A DNA stretch of 64,000 bases from Podarcis pityusensis (taxonomy: Eukaryota): assembly GCA_964106645.2 (NCBI GenBank), contig OZ067043.1, one strand, 5' to 3'. Below, in pieces: positions 10,951 through 22,600 of this stretch. A program made the translations under genes and the position numbers. The stretch's first letter is position 1. Each line of letters opens with the position of its first letter. Below the pieces are notes generated by a model. That model ran no database searches and was not told where the DNA came from. It saw only the letters and a list, made by a program, of their open reading frames with translations.

Positions 10951-12561
10951 ACAAACATTGTGCAGCCCCAAAGGCTTGCTTTTAATCCTTCTCTTAAACT
11001 TCAAGCCAGATATTTCCTGGTCACATTCACTAACCGATTATAAAATTCCCACCGCACCCTGAAATGGAAGAAATATTCACTCTATACACAGACTTCTCTA
11101 CCAGGTGGAAAGTAGTCATTCTCTCTACATACGCTGCTTTTCTTTCCCAATGCTTACTTAAGGTGGCTTTATAGTTTTAAAACAACAGTAACAAACAACA
11201 CACACACACACACACACAAATTGTATCTTCCTGTTTCAGCTCCCTGCCTTGTTGATACCTGCAGCAAGCATTAGTATCACCAGAAAGAAGTTGGCTGATG
11301 GAATTTGCTAGCTTCCCATCTCTCACCTGCAAATTAAGTGTCAGTAGCTAAGCTGAAATGTCTTCCACCACTTCACTTGGCCAGTACTTACTCCACTTTG
11401 CACTACCCCCTCCCCCCGCAGCAGCTGAGGCTGAATATGAACAGGATTTGTATAAGTTTTGAGGTGGAGAACCAGAATTGGACTGATGTCTGGACGTGGG
11501 CAGAAAGAAAATGGGTTCCTCTTGGCAGCTTGACACCCGCTTTCTCTGGGTAGAGGATTTACATGAGATGGGCAGGAAAATGTTATTTCCCTTTGGCAAC
11601 AATATTGCCAAGTAATGGCAAAGGCTGGGTGGGGTTAGAGATCAGTGACAGATATTTTAGTAATGCTGTCTATGGACTTCTGCTTCAGACACAGACCCTG
11701 GGAATTTCCTCCCCTCCAGCACCAACTGTCAAACACTGATTTAAAGTGATGAAAAAGACCTATGTAAATAATGGCTTTAAATCAAACCATTATCTTAAAA
11801 TGTTGAGTGATGTAGTTCATGTGCCTTTTTTGCACTGTATTATATATACTTAGAAGTAAGAGGCAATGTAACAATGGCTTTCTGTATGCATACAAGGAAA
11901 CCAAGCAAGGTAAGATGTCAAAGATCAAGATTCCTATGTTCTGCATTGTAAGCCAAGTACTCTGAACCCTCTTGAACAAGTTATGTTAATGACTGAGCAA
12001 AACAATTATCCATGAGATGGAAAGATGCTGTTGTGTTTTTAATTCTAAATATTCATAATTTGCTGCAATACATGTAATATATGAAAGTAAGTAAACTATT
12101 TTGTTTCCATTTATCCACCTTCACCATAGAAAGGTAGGGATAAATTCAGTTGTCTTTGACAGAGTGATAATTAACTGAGTTTTAAGAGAAGTATAAAATT
12201 AATCACTTAAGTTATTTTTTAAATGTGGCATTTTGTGTAAATTGAAGTTTAAACAAAATGAATTTGATGCTAAAATATCATTTAAAAATCTGTTTAAAGT
12301 AATTATTTTAAATGTTGATTTATCCATCCTACAAGGAAGACTTTACCTTCAGCATAGGTATGGAAATAGGGTCTAGTATATTACCAGCATGACAGTAGTT
12401 GAGTATAAATAGAAAATAATAAAGGCTTCTTCTTTTTTAACAGATCCCATAGTGATACATTCTGTGCTGTAGAGAAAATAAGATTACAAGTCAAGTATAC
12501 TCTTCAGGAAGAGCTTGTATGATAGTTTCAGTCCTGCAGTTGCAGCTTGCTTTAGGTCTCA

Positions 12562-13676
12562 ATGCCTATTTATATTGTTCCTAAGAAAAGCGATATTAGT
12601 GCACCTGGTGGTTCTTCACAAAAGCATCCTCCAGAAAATGTCATTGCTAGAAACAGGTTTGCACAGACATTTACATCCCACACACTGGAGAATGAGGGAA
12701 GCAATCCTCAGTCACAGCCCTTGAGTAAGACCAAAGAAATAAATACGACCTATGTGCTTTCAGCCTGTAACAAACTGGCTGACACTTCAGCTGCTTCCAC
12801 GACTGAAGGCAAGCTGACACTCCAAAGAAGAACTGTGACGAGCAAAGAACAATCTGATACAAATACAACACATGACAGTGAAAATACACGAGTGGAAAAA
12901 AGATTGACGCTGCAGCGCCGAACAAGGACTGAATCAACTGAGAAGCACAAAACAAATATTCACGAAGCCAGAGCAGAAAAAGGAGACCCTCTTCCCCAGA
13001 AGAGTGGCAAAACATTGTTTCCACCAAAAATTAGCAGCAGTGACCCTCCATTTGTTAAGACTGGCCTTTTGTCACTTCAAGGCCTCACAGATGGAAAGAG
13101 AAATCCTGTTATGAAAAGTGATGTACCTTTTAATCATAATGGTTCAAGTGCTACTGGTGGCTACACACCTTTAAGATGCAAGACAGTTGTTGGTGATTCT
13201 CAGAGTAAAAACAAAATTCCTAGACCATCACTCTTAACAGTAGGAAAACTTGATGAAAGGACGTCTATATTAAAACTAGCTGAAAAGCGTAATTCCAGTA
13301 AGGAAAATGGAACTGAAAGTCTGCAAAATAGATTTATTAAGAATGAAAATCTGGAAAAGCAGAAGACACCAAGGAAAGGGTCAACAGAAGGAATGAAATT
13401 CACCTCCAGATGTGGAGCTGTTCAGCATGCCAAGACTCCTGCTGCCCCAAGCATAAAGAATAAGATTCTGTGTCCTCAAACAATATCAGCCAAGAAATCT
13501 GGTACTAATGAATTTACCCTAAATAGAAGGTTGCAAGAAAATACCACATATACTCAACAAACAGCTTCGCAGAAAGAAGATACTCTAATGCAGAACATAT
13601 GTGGTAAAGAAGACCCTTTCAAAATAGAAAACAGCAAAGTGACTGTAGCTGTGAGAATACGACCTTTTAGTGTCAG
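12562..13676 (+). CDS. KIF14: KIF14 first coding exon (N-terminal extension; exon probably starts at 12444)
   Basis: ORF ends in [12 protein letters not shown], the start of the motor domain; donor gtatat at 13677, phase 2. Confidence 0.9.
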
Positions 13677-16600
13677 GTATATAACCATTATTTTTTTGGA
13701 CTAATTATGAAATTATACAAGTTGTTACCATGATATTGAATAGTATAACATGCTCTCCAACCACTTAGATATATTACCCAGTTTAATTTCTGTTGTGTCT
13801 GTATACAAACTGCTGCGCTTCTTTTTAATTCCATTGTCCACTTTATAAGGGATCTGTGTGTTCTAACTAGGGCTGAGACAATTTAACAACTCTATGAAAT
13901 AAATAAAATGGGATGATAGTTGATACTTCTTTAGCTCAGTAGCCCACCTTGCAAGGGAAGCTAATCCAATTCCCTTTGCATAATTCCTCCTGGACTCCAT
14001 TTTAATAAACCTCAGATTTTGGGGGCAAGAGTATAGTCATATCCAGCACTGTTGTTCCCTTGTGCAGCAGACTTCTATTCCTCTTTCCTGCAGCCCACCA
14101 TGCAATCACAAAATCTGCTCCAGGGGGTTGAAGGACCCTCTGGAGCACAATTTGAGGGCTCACTCAAGAGGACAGGAAGGGGAAGTCCTGTTGCAAAAGT
14201 GGAACTCTGCATGCACAGTAATGTCCAGCTTTTTGTCCCCCTGTATATATTTTTTAAAGAAATGCTATGCAGCACAGTGGCTTTTGAATTTTTTATCGGT
14301 CTTCTGATTTTTAGGCAACAGATCTGCAGATGCTAGCTTTGCATTTTAGAAACTGGGCACTTGCCATGGAGTTTATATTAGTAGTTAATTTAGTCTTTGA
14401 TCTTGGAACTATATGCTTTATAAATATATAAATTATTTTCTTTGGCTGTTTTACTGTAATCCTGGATTTCAACAAGTCCTATGAATTTTGGTGTTTGTTG
14501 CACATGTTAGCATTGGATCCTAAACAGTATATTTATGAATTATTTTGATCTAGGTGTATTTTGTACATTAGTTCTATGAATGCCTGATGTAGTATACTGA
14601 ACTTCAATACAGTCTATCTCTATGCTGACATTTTACATATAATGAAATTTTAAAAACTTTTAAGAAGATTCATATAGAAAATTCATATGGCTGGTGCACA
14701 ATTAACCTGAAGACTGTCACATATTATAATGATTTAGTTACAACATCAATTAGACAATTTAGATTAAATTTGGTTTATAAGATCAGTTACAAACCTGAAT
14801 GTGTTCAGTGTTTTGTCGTCCCTCACCCCCTATAACTAACATTTATTTTGTGCCTTTATTCAGAGATAAGAATGAAGAAACATTACAAGTGGTTTCCATG
14901 ACAGGGCAAGAGACTGTTGTGCACCATCCAAATACAAAACAAATCTACAGTTTCACTTTTGACTTCTCATTCTGGTCTTTTGATAAATGTCATAATTTTG
15001 CAAGCCAAGAGATGGTGTATCAGTCTCTGGCAGTACCTCTCCTAGAAAGAGCCTTTGAAGGATACAACACCTGCCTTTTTGCATATGGACAGACTGGTTC
15101 TGGAAAGTCATACACGTAAGTTGGATTGGAAGTGTTCCTTTTCTGTTGCTGTTGCTGACACCCAATACATGTCATATCCAGATGCTTTTTTGTTGTATGT
15201 TTGTTTCTTAAGTGAATGAGATTATTACTGAAACGGAAGACTGACTTGAATGAAGCCAAACTAACAGTACAGAGAACATTTTATTTAAATCTCTCTGAAG
15301 AAAATTATGTTAAGTGAATGGAGATGTTTTAAACAGAAAAACCACCTATCTTCAGGACTGTGATTATCTAGTGCTTTAGGGTAACAGTAACTAATAGACT
15401 AAGATCCGAGGAAGGGATTTCCTTGTTCAGATCTCATGTATGCTAAGGGTACCTGACGTTCCCGCAGACAGTCCCCGGATTTAAAAAAACAGTCCCCTGA
15501 CAAAATCCTATCATTTCTACTGAAGTTGAAAAGTGTCCCCGGATTCATTGAAAAAAATCCGGTAACCTTAATGTATGCTGATAACTCACTAGGCTCATAG
15601 GAAGCTGTTTTATACCAAGACAGACCATTCCAGTGTTTCCCAAACTAGCTGGAAATCTGGAAAACTAGTCTAGCTGTTTTTGGACTACAGTTCCCATTAT
15701 CCATGACCACTGGTCCTACTAGCCAGGGATGTTGGGAGTTGTAGTCCAAAAACAGCTGGAGACCCAAGTTTGGGAAACGCTGATCTAGCCTAATAATGTC
15801 TACTACTGACAGCAGCTCTCCAGGGTTTCAGGCAAAGTATCTCCCTCAGCCCAACCTCAAGATGCCTGTTTGAACCTGGGATCTTTTGCATGCAAGGCAG
15901 TGGCTCTACCGAACTTCATTTTACCTTCAGTAAAATGGTGACAGTAATGTTGGCCTACCTGGCAGGGTTGTTGGAATAATGGCTGAGATGACACTTGTGA
16001 AGTGTGTAGAAAGTTCAAGATAAACGTGAGGTATTATTATAAATAATATGGATCTAATATCTTCTCCTAGCAACTCTGTGTTGTGAACTGCCCTGAGATT
16101 TGCAGATGAAGTGGTACAAAAATGTAATAAATAAAATAATTAACATGGAGTTAGGTGACCAGAAGCTACACGATAGCCAAAGCTTGCCATATGGCGTGTG
16201 GATTGTCTCATCTTCAAACCATGCAGTTAAGAACACCATAGTCACCTTTCCTAGCTAATCCGTTTTAAGAATCTTACTAGATTTTACAATATTATGCAGA
16301 AATTTTCTTCTAGTTGTCTTTTAAAACTGGTACTCCCTCTATATCAATGCCTCATTAGGAAGTGTGAACGTCGTATTCTGCAGGGTTGTAACCCAAGCCT
16401 ATAATTGCAATATTTGTCATTACAGTATGATGGGATTTGATGATGACGAAAGAGGAATAATACCAAGATTCTGTGAAGATCTCTTTACTCAAATAGCAGA
16501 AAAAGAAATGCAACAGGTATTGTTGCAGCATTACTTTTCTTTCTGAACTTATTGAGGCGGCTCCAATTTATTTGGGAGTACATGGAACCACCTTTGGGTT

Positions 16601-19600
16601 CACTTTTGGGCATCACTGTTGTGGAGGCACTGTTATTGTGAATCAACACTTCCACATAGACGCACTACATGTGATTGCAATGATTTCCATGGTGGCAGCA
16701 GTGCTTTTTCGGAAGTACCCTGCAACAATTGCATGGGCGTTTTGTGAACTGGGTGATAAATGCTGTTGAGCTGATTGGCTCAATGCTTTTCTCGAGGGCA
16801 GGCATGTGGAGGGGTACAGAATAGTACTATATATATATATTACCGGTATTCCCTCAGAAGTGATTGAACTGGGTAAAAGCCGACCCAGAAATTTGCCCCA
16901 TCCTTGTGGCTGCTTCATTCAACCCATACTCACCAGCAGGGTGGGATTTCATCACAGCTTCCATGTGGCTGTGTGTAGGAAGCAAATTACCAGAGCAACA
17001 TATTTCTAAAGTACTTGATATTCCTGTAGTTTTGGGGTGTCTTTTTTTTTTTTTTTACCATAAAATAAAACCAGAAATCAATATGTACAGACTACAGCTC
17101 CTCTGCTGGCTAGCAAGGCTGATCTTACACCTTAATAACTGTTGATATATTCTATTGCTGTACTGTGTTTCTCGGGTGTACGGGCAGCAATAAAGCTGTT
17201 GCTTTTTTTTAATTAGACTGATTTTCATCTTGAGATGAGCTATTTTGAAGTCTACAATGAAAAAATTCACGACTTGCTAGTCTACAAAGCTGAAAATGGA
17301 CAGAAGAAACAGCCTGTAAGTAACTAATTACGTTCTGCATATTGACGTATTGTCAGTGTATAAAACAGTAACTCTCTGGATGTGGGCTAGCCTCATAACC
17401 ATAAGGAATTAGATCCTTTCTGTTCTTGGCTCTTACAAGCACAGAAAAAGATGGGCATCTGTTCAAAGGCTAATGTATGAGCCTCAGTGAGACTATATAG
17501 GGTTGTATATAGCCGCTTTCAACCCCGGCGGCATTTCTGCAGCCCGGCACTCTCAGCCCCGTATAGGTCTTCCAGCTGGCCATTTAAAGAGCTTCTACTT
17601 TGACTTGCAGACTTTTAGTTTTACTCACCTCTGTTTTGTTTTGATTCCCTGTTTTTGTAGGTTTTGCTTCTTAAGCTGTGCTTGCATACTATTTTGCACG
17701 GTGTGATGCTTGCAGTGAAAAGTTTTTATTGCTCTTCATGTTTTTTTAAAATAAAATGTATTATAAAGATGCATTCTGTTTTCAGGGTTTTCAAAAGTTA
17801 CTTTGTGGCAAAATAAAACAAAAACCATTTGTTTTGTTATCTGTGGTTTACTAGGGTTTTCACATTGTTATAATAAAACGCTTCAGTCTCTTATTTCCCC
17901 TCTGTCCCCAGGCCCTTTTTAGTTTTTTCATTTGTGATGTCCAGTTGTTTGGCATATTATTCAGCACTCAGGTTCACATGTGCAAATATGGATTAGGATG
18001 CCAATGTCACTGCTGTTCTGGGGTCCCAGATTAGCAAACACTGAGTTGGAGAAGTTTCAGTCCTTCTACTTATGGTTAATAACTTGTTAGATAGTTCCAT
18101 AAATGTGCTCTAAATCTCTGAAGCTTTTAAAGCTGATCAACACTGACTTTTCTGATTAACAGCTTCGTGTGAGAGAACATCCTATCTTTGGACCCTATGT
18201 GGAAGACCTGACTGTGTAAGATTTCATTTTATGATTTTTTTCTACAAATGTCTGTTTGCTGACTTAAAATAGACCTACAGTGGTACCTTGAGTTAAGTAC
18301 TGAATTCGTTCCGGAGGTCCGCTCTTAACCTGAAACTGTTCTTAACCTGAAGCACCACTTTAGCTAATGGGGCCTCCTGCTGCCGCTGCGCCGCCAGAGC
18401 ACGATTTCTGTTCTCATCCTGAAGCAAAGTTCTTAACCTGAAACACTATTTCTGGGTTAGCGGAGTCTGTAACCTGAAGCGTATGTAACCCGAGGTACCA
18501 CTGTATTAGTTATTCACATAACAAGAAGCCTGCAGTCAAGGAAATTGTTGGGTTTTTCAAACAAATTGTGAAATTAAGCCCCAACCAAACTGGCTATTGA
18601 CACTACTTTTTCACAGTATCATTTCTCATTAATTCCCTGTCCCTCAGTTCTCTGCTTTCCCCCAGAATGCAGTTTCCTCCACCTACTGTCCTCTCAGACA
18701 CGTTTCTGTTCCATTGCCTGTCCTCCAGCCTTCCTCCAGCCCCACTTCCCCTTCATTTTCTTACTTAGTTTTTTGGTCCTTAATCTCCCCCATGCAAACA
18801 ATTCTCCTCTTCTGTCTTCTATTAATCTCAAAGATATAGTTTGCCCATTTCTTACAGATGGGTAACTACAAATGTTCTGATGCTAACCATTCTCACATTC
18901 TGTAACACCACCTCAATCATACTGGAGGTGTCGCCACCACAAGCAAAACATAATAATATTCTCTTGTAAACTCTGTTGAGCCTATAATAAAGTGTGGGTT
19001 TTCATTCCTTCAGGTGTACATACTTGGACCATAATACTGCTAGAATTGTGTGGTAAATCCATAATTTCTGAGGTATCTGTAGGCTTCATTGAAGCTTCTT
19101 GATGAATAATTGTAAGCTGAATGGTTTGTAGGACTGGGTCTGTGTTTATATGTGTAGAACTTGGTTTTTCCCCCTTCACAAGAGATAAAAATTATTATTT
19201 TTCTTCTAGGAATGTTGTTAGCTCTTACTTGGATATTCAGGTAAGGTTGTTGTTGTATGTATCAAAGCACGAGACTTAAAAAGTCACATGTAAAAACTGA
19301 TTTCTAGTTTTCAGTGATGGCAAATAAGAGATTATACAGTAATTGAATTCTTCCACACAAATAAGTATTGAAATAGTTGAACTGGCAATCTTTGTGGTAG
19401 ATCCTTGTACTGACAGAAAATTACCGTATTTTTCGCTCTATAACACGCACCCGACCATAACACGCACGTAGTTTTTAGAGGAGGAAAATCCGTAGGCATG
19501 CCACCCGTAGGCATTCCCTCCATAACATGCACAGACATTTCCCCTTACTTTTTAGGAGGAAAAAGTGAGTGTTATGGTGCAAAAAATACGGTACTTGCAG

Positions 19601-22600
19601 GATCAAAATTTCTCCTTTTACCCATTTCTCCAGAGTTCCTGTGAGAAATTGTAAAAACGTTTGTTTTAATTTATAGTATGTTTAATTGTCTGATGTATAT
19701 CTCTTAATGATAGAAGTTTCATTTAAATATAAACAACATGAAAAGCCACCAACCAATTCTGCCATAAAATCAATGTTACCAATACAGTTGGTAACTGTTG
19801 CAGCTCAGATGAAAATGTCAACTCCAAAATAATGAGGACTTGGGTAAGCTTTTGGGTAGTGATTTGGCCATTTCTTCACACTTAGTGGAGTGTGCAGAAT
19901 TGTGCCATAAAGGACAGTATAGCCCCTTGCTTCCCCAGTGACTTCCTGTCAGGTGTGTAGTGTTACAGAAAATCTGAAGTATTCCAAGGCGAGACCTCCC
20001 ACACCTGTGCTGGAAGCATCTAGCTTCTTGCCATCCCCCAGGATCCTGACAGGTAAGATACTGCTGGAAAAAAACAGGAGTACAGCCACATGCAGGTACC
20101 TGCATACAAAGACACAATATATGGCAAGCAAAGTACAATGAATGTGTTTGTCACAATGTACCTGCTATTACAAGACATGTGGTACGTACAAGCGGTCCTC
20201 CAGAATCATCAAAATAAGTACAATTAATGATATCTTTTCATTATATCCAGCACACGGAAATTATTGGAAGCAGCAGAGCTGCTGTAGCAAACAGGACTGG
20301 AGCCTGGTGATCCCAGTTTCAAAGAGAAACTCCTTCTTCAGCCTGTGAAGTTAACAAGGTCCCACATCGGGTACAAGGTGGGGCAGCTGCCGTGTGCTGG
20401 CTAGCTGTCTCTTCGAAACTGGGATCACTGGGCTCCAGTCGTGTTTGCTACAGCTGCTTTGTACTTTGCTTGCCATATATTGTGTCTCTGTGTACTAGCT
20501 TGAACCCCAGTTTTTTTCTTTTTTGAAAGAACACTTGTAATCTTAAGGACAATGTTTAAAATTGGAAATATTTAAGGATAAGAAAATTATAGACATGTAC
20601 TATATAAGAAATTATAAAAGAACCGGGGGAGGGAATGGAGGGAAGTCAAGGGATCTGAGAAATCCCAAAATACGGATTTAATATGGTATGAAAATGTTTT
20701 ATTTTATTTTATTTATTTTTACTTTAATTGCATCTGTTTATTATGGTATGTGAAGATAATGTTTAATTGTGAAAAATTATTTGAAAATTATTTTTTAAAA
20801 AGAAAGAGAACCCTTTTTTCTATTTGTGTATGTTTTTACACAGCGGGTTCCTTATTTTTGCACAGGATGAGTTGGCGGGAGATGTGTGTAGAATGCCGCA
20901 CCTTGGAGTGTACAGTCCAAATACATGACTAGCAGAGCACAGCTGAAACCCAGTAGGGGAGGAAAGAGCTATGCTGTGAGGTGGAGCCACTTGCTTTATT
21001 TATAGCAAGACCCTACTACTAGCAGCAGCAAATGAGTGATGGATTTCAAATGATGTGTTTATTTTTAATATTTCAATGCCCTACTTCATTTTGTCTTTTT
21101 AACTTAATGACAGCTTGAAAATCTAGATAAATCATGTGGACTCTCCTTCACTGGACATTTTTAAGCAGAGGTTGGATGGCCATCTGTCATGGATGCTTTG
21201 GTTGAGACTCCTGCATTGCAGGGGGTTGGACTAGATGACCCTCAAGGTCCCTTCCAACTCTACAATTCTATGATTCTATAAGTGGCTTTTGTGTGTGTTA
21301 GCACAAGTTGTTCTAGAAACATTTATTTTATTTTTTAAAATCCTCATGGCGCTCACAACTGTTTTCTCAAAATTTTCACATCCTCTCTTTCTATCAGAAT
21401 TGGCTCCAGTTAGGAAATAAACACAGAGCTACTGCTGCCACAGGAATGAATGACAAGAGTTCTCGATCTCATTCTGTTTTCACCCTGGTGATGACACAAA
21501 CAAAGGTACTGGGCATTTCGGTTTGCTTTTAAACTTACTTTTTTATAACATTTTGTAATGCAGGTCAAAAATTCAACAAAATTATTCACCCCCCTCTCTT
21601 CCCTTTTGCATAAAGGGGAACTTTTTTATTAAAAAAAAAAAAGTTCAATAATGCAGCAGACGTTGAGCAGAAAATTCACTTATTGATATAAAACCTGGGA
21701 AATAATGGTTTGGATCTCAAGGCGCCTGGCACAAGTGGAGAGACCTAATTCAAGCATCAACAAAAGTTGTTTAATCTTACATAAAGTAATTTTATGTATG
21801 GGCAGAGTGACTGCACACTATGCTCCCCGTTTTTCTTTATACTTTTGTTTTCTACTGTAAACATAATGAAAGCATTAGCTTCCTATCGATGTGGTTGCTA
21901 ACTTGTTTTATGAAGTTTTAAATGTTAGAGAACTAGAGCAGGTTAAGGAGGAGATTGTCTAGGTTTCTTTTTTTTTAGGTTATACAAATATTCATGATCT
22001 CCGGCTTTGTTTTTAAACTGTTCATAGGCTGCAAGTCAGGTATAGCACAGGAGCATAGGAAACTCCCTTATACTGTGACTGGCCATTGGTCCATCTAGAG
22101 TAGTAGTGTATACACTGACTGGCAGCAGCTCCAGAGTTTTAGGCAGGACTCTCCCAGCCCTATCTGGAGATGCCAGATATTGAACCTGAGACCTTCTGCA
22201 TGTAAGGCAGACACCCTACCACTTACCTACATGCCTTCCTCGCAAGCTGCATCCCTTCCCAACATGTCCAATTGTAGTCATTTCTTTATTTTAGACGGAT
22301 ATTGTGGAAAAGGAGGAACGCGAACATAGAATTATCAGTCGTGTGAACCTGGTAGACCTTGCAGGCAGTGAGCGCTGTTCTACAGCTCAAACCAGTGGAG
22401 AAAGACTGAAGGTAAAATGTATACAAGGTACTCTGCCGGGCCTGATATTCTCAGAAACTGGGCAACTGTCCAGCGGAGCCACCTTGTTAATCCCCATGCC
22501 AAGCAAATCGTACTGCAACACAACATGCAATATTATGGCATTGAACTTGAAACACAAAGAAGAACCACTTAACAAGTTGTTTTATATAGTGTCAGATTAC

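Noticed and set aside
12671-13403. Antisense ORFs within the large KIF14 exon
   Set aside because: These are shadow ORFs of the real coding frame.
16560-16820. Possible processed-pseudogene fragment in a KIF14 intron
   Set aside because: The translations I examined resemble no protein I recognise, and there is no poly(A) or TSD; left unassigned.
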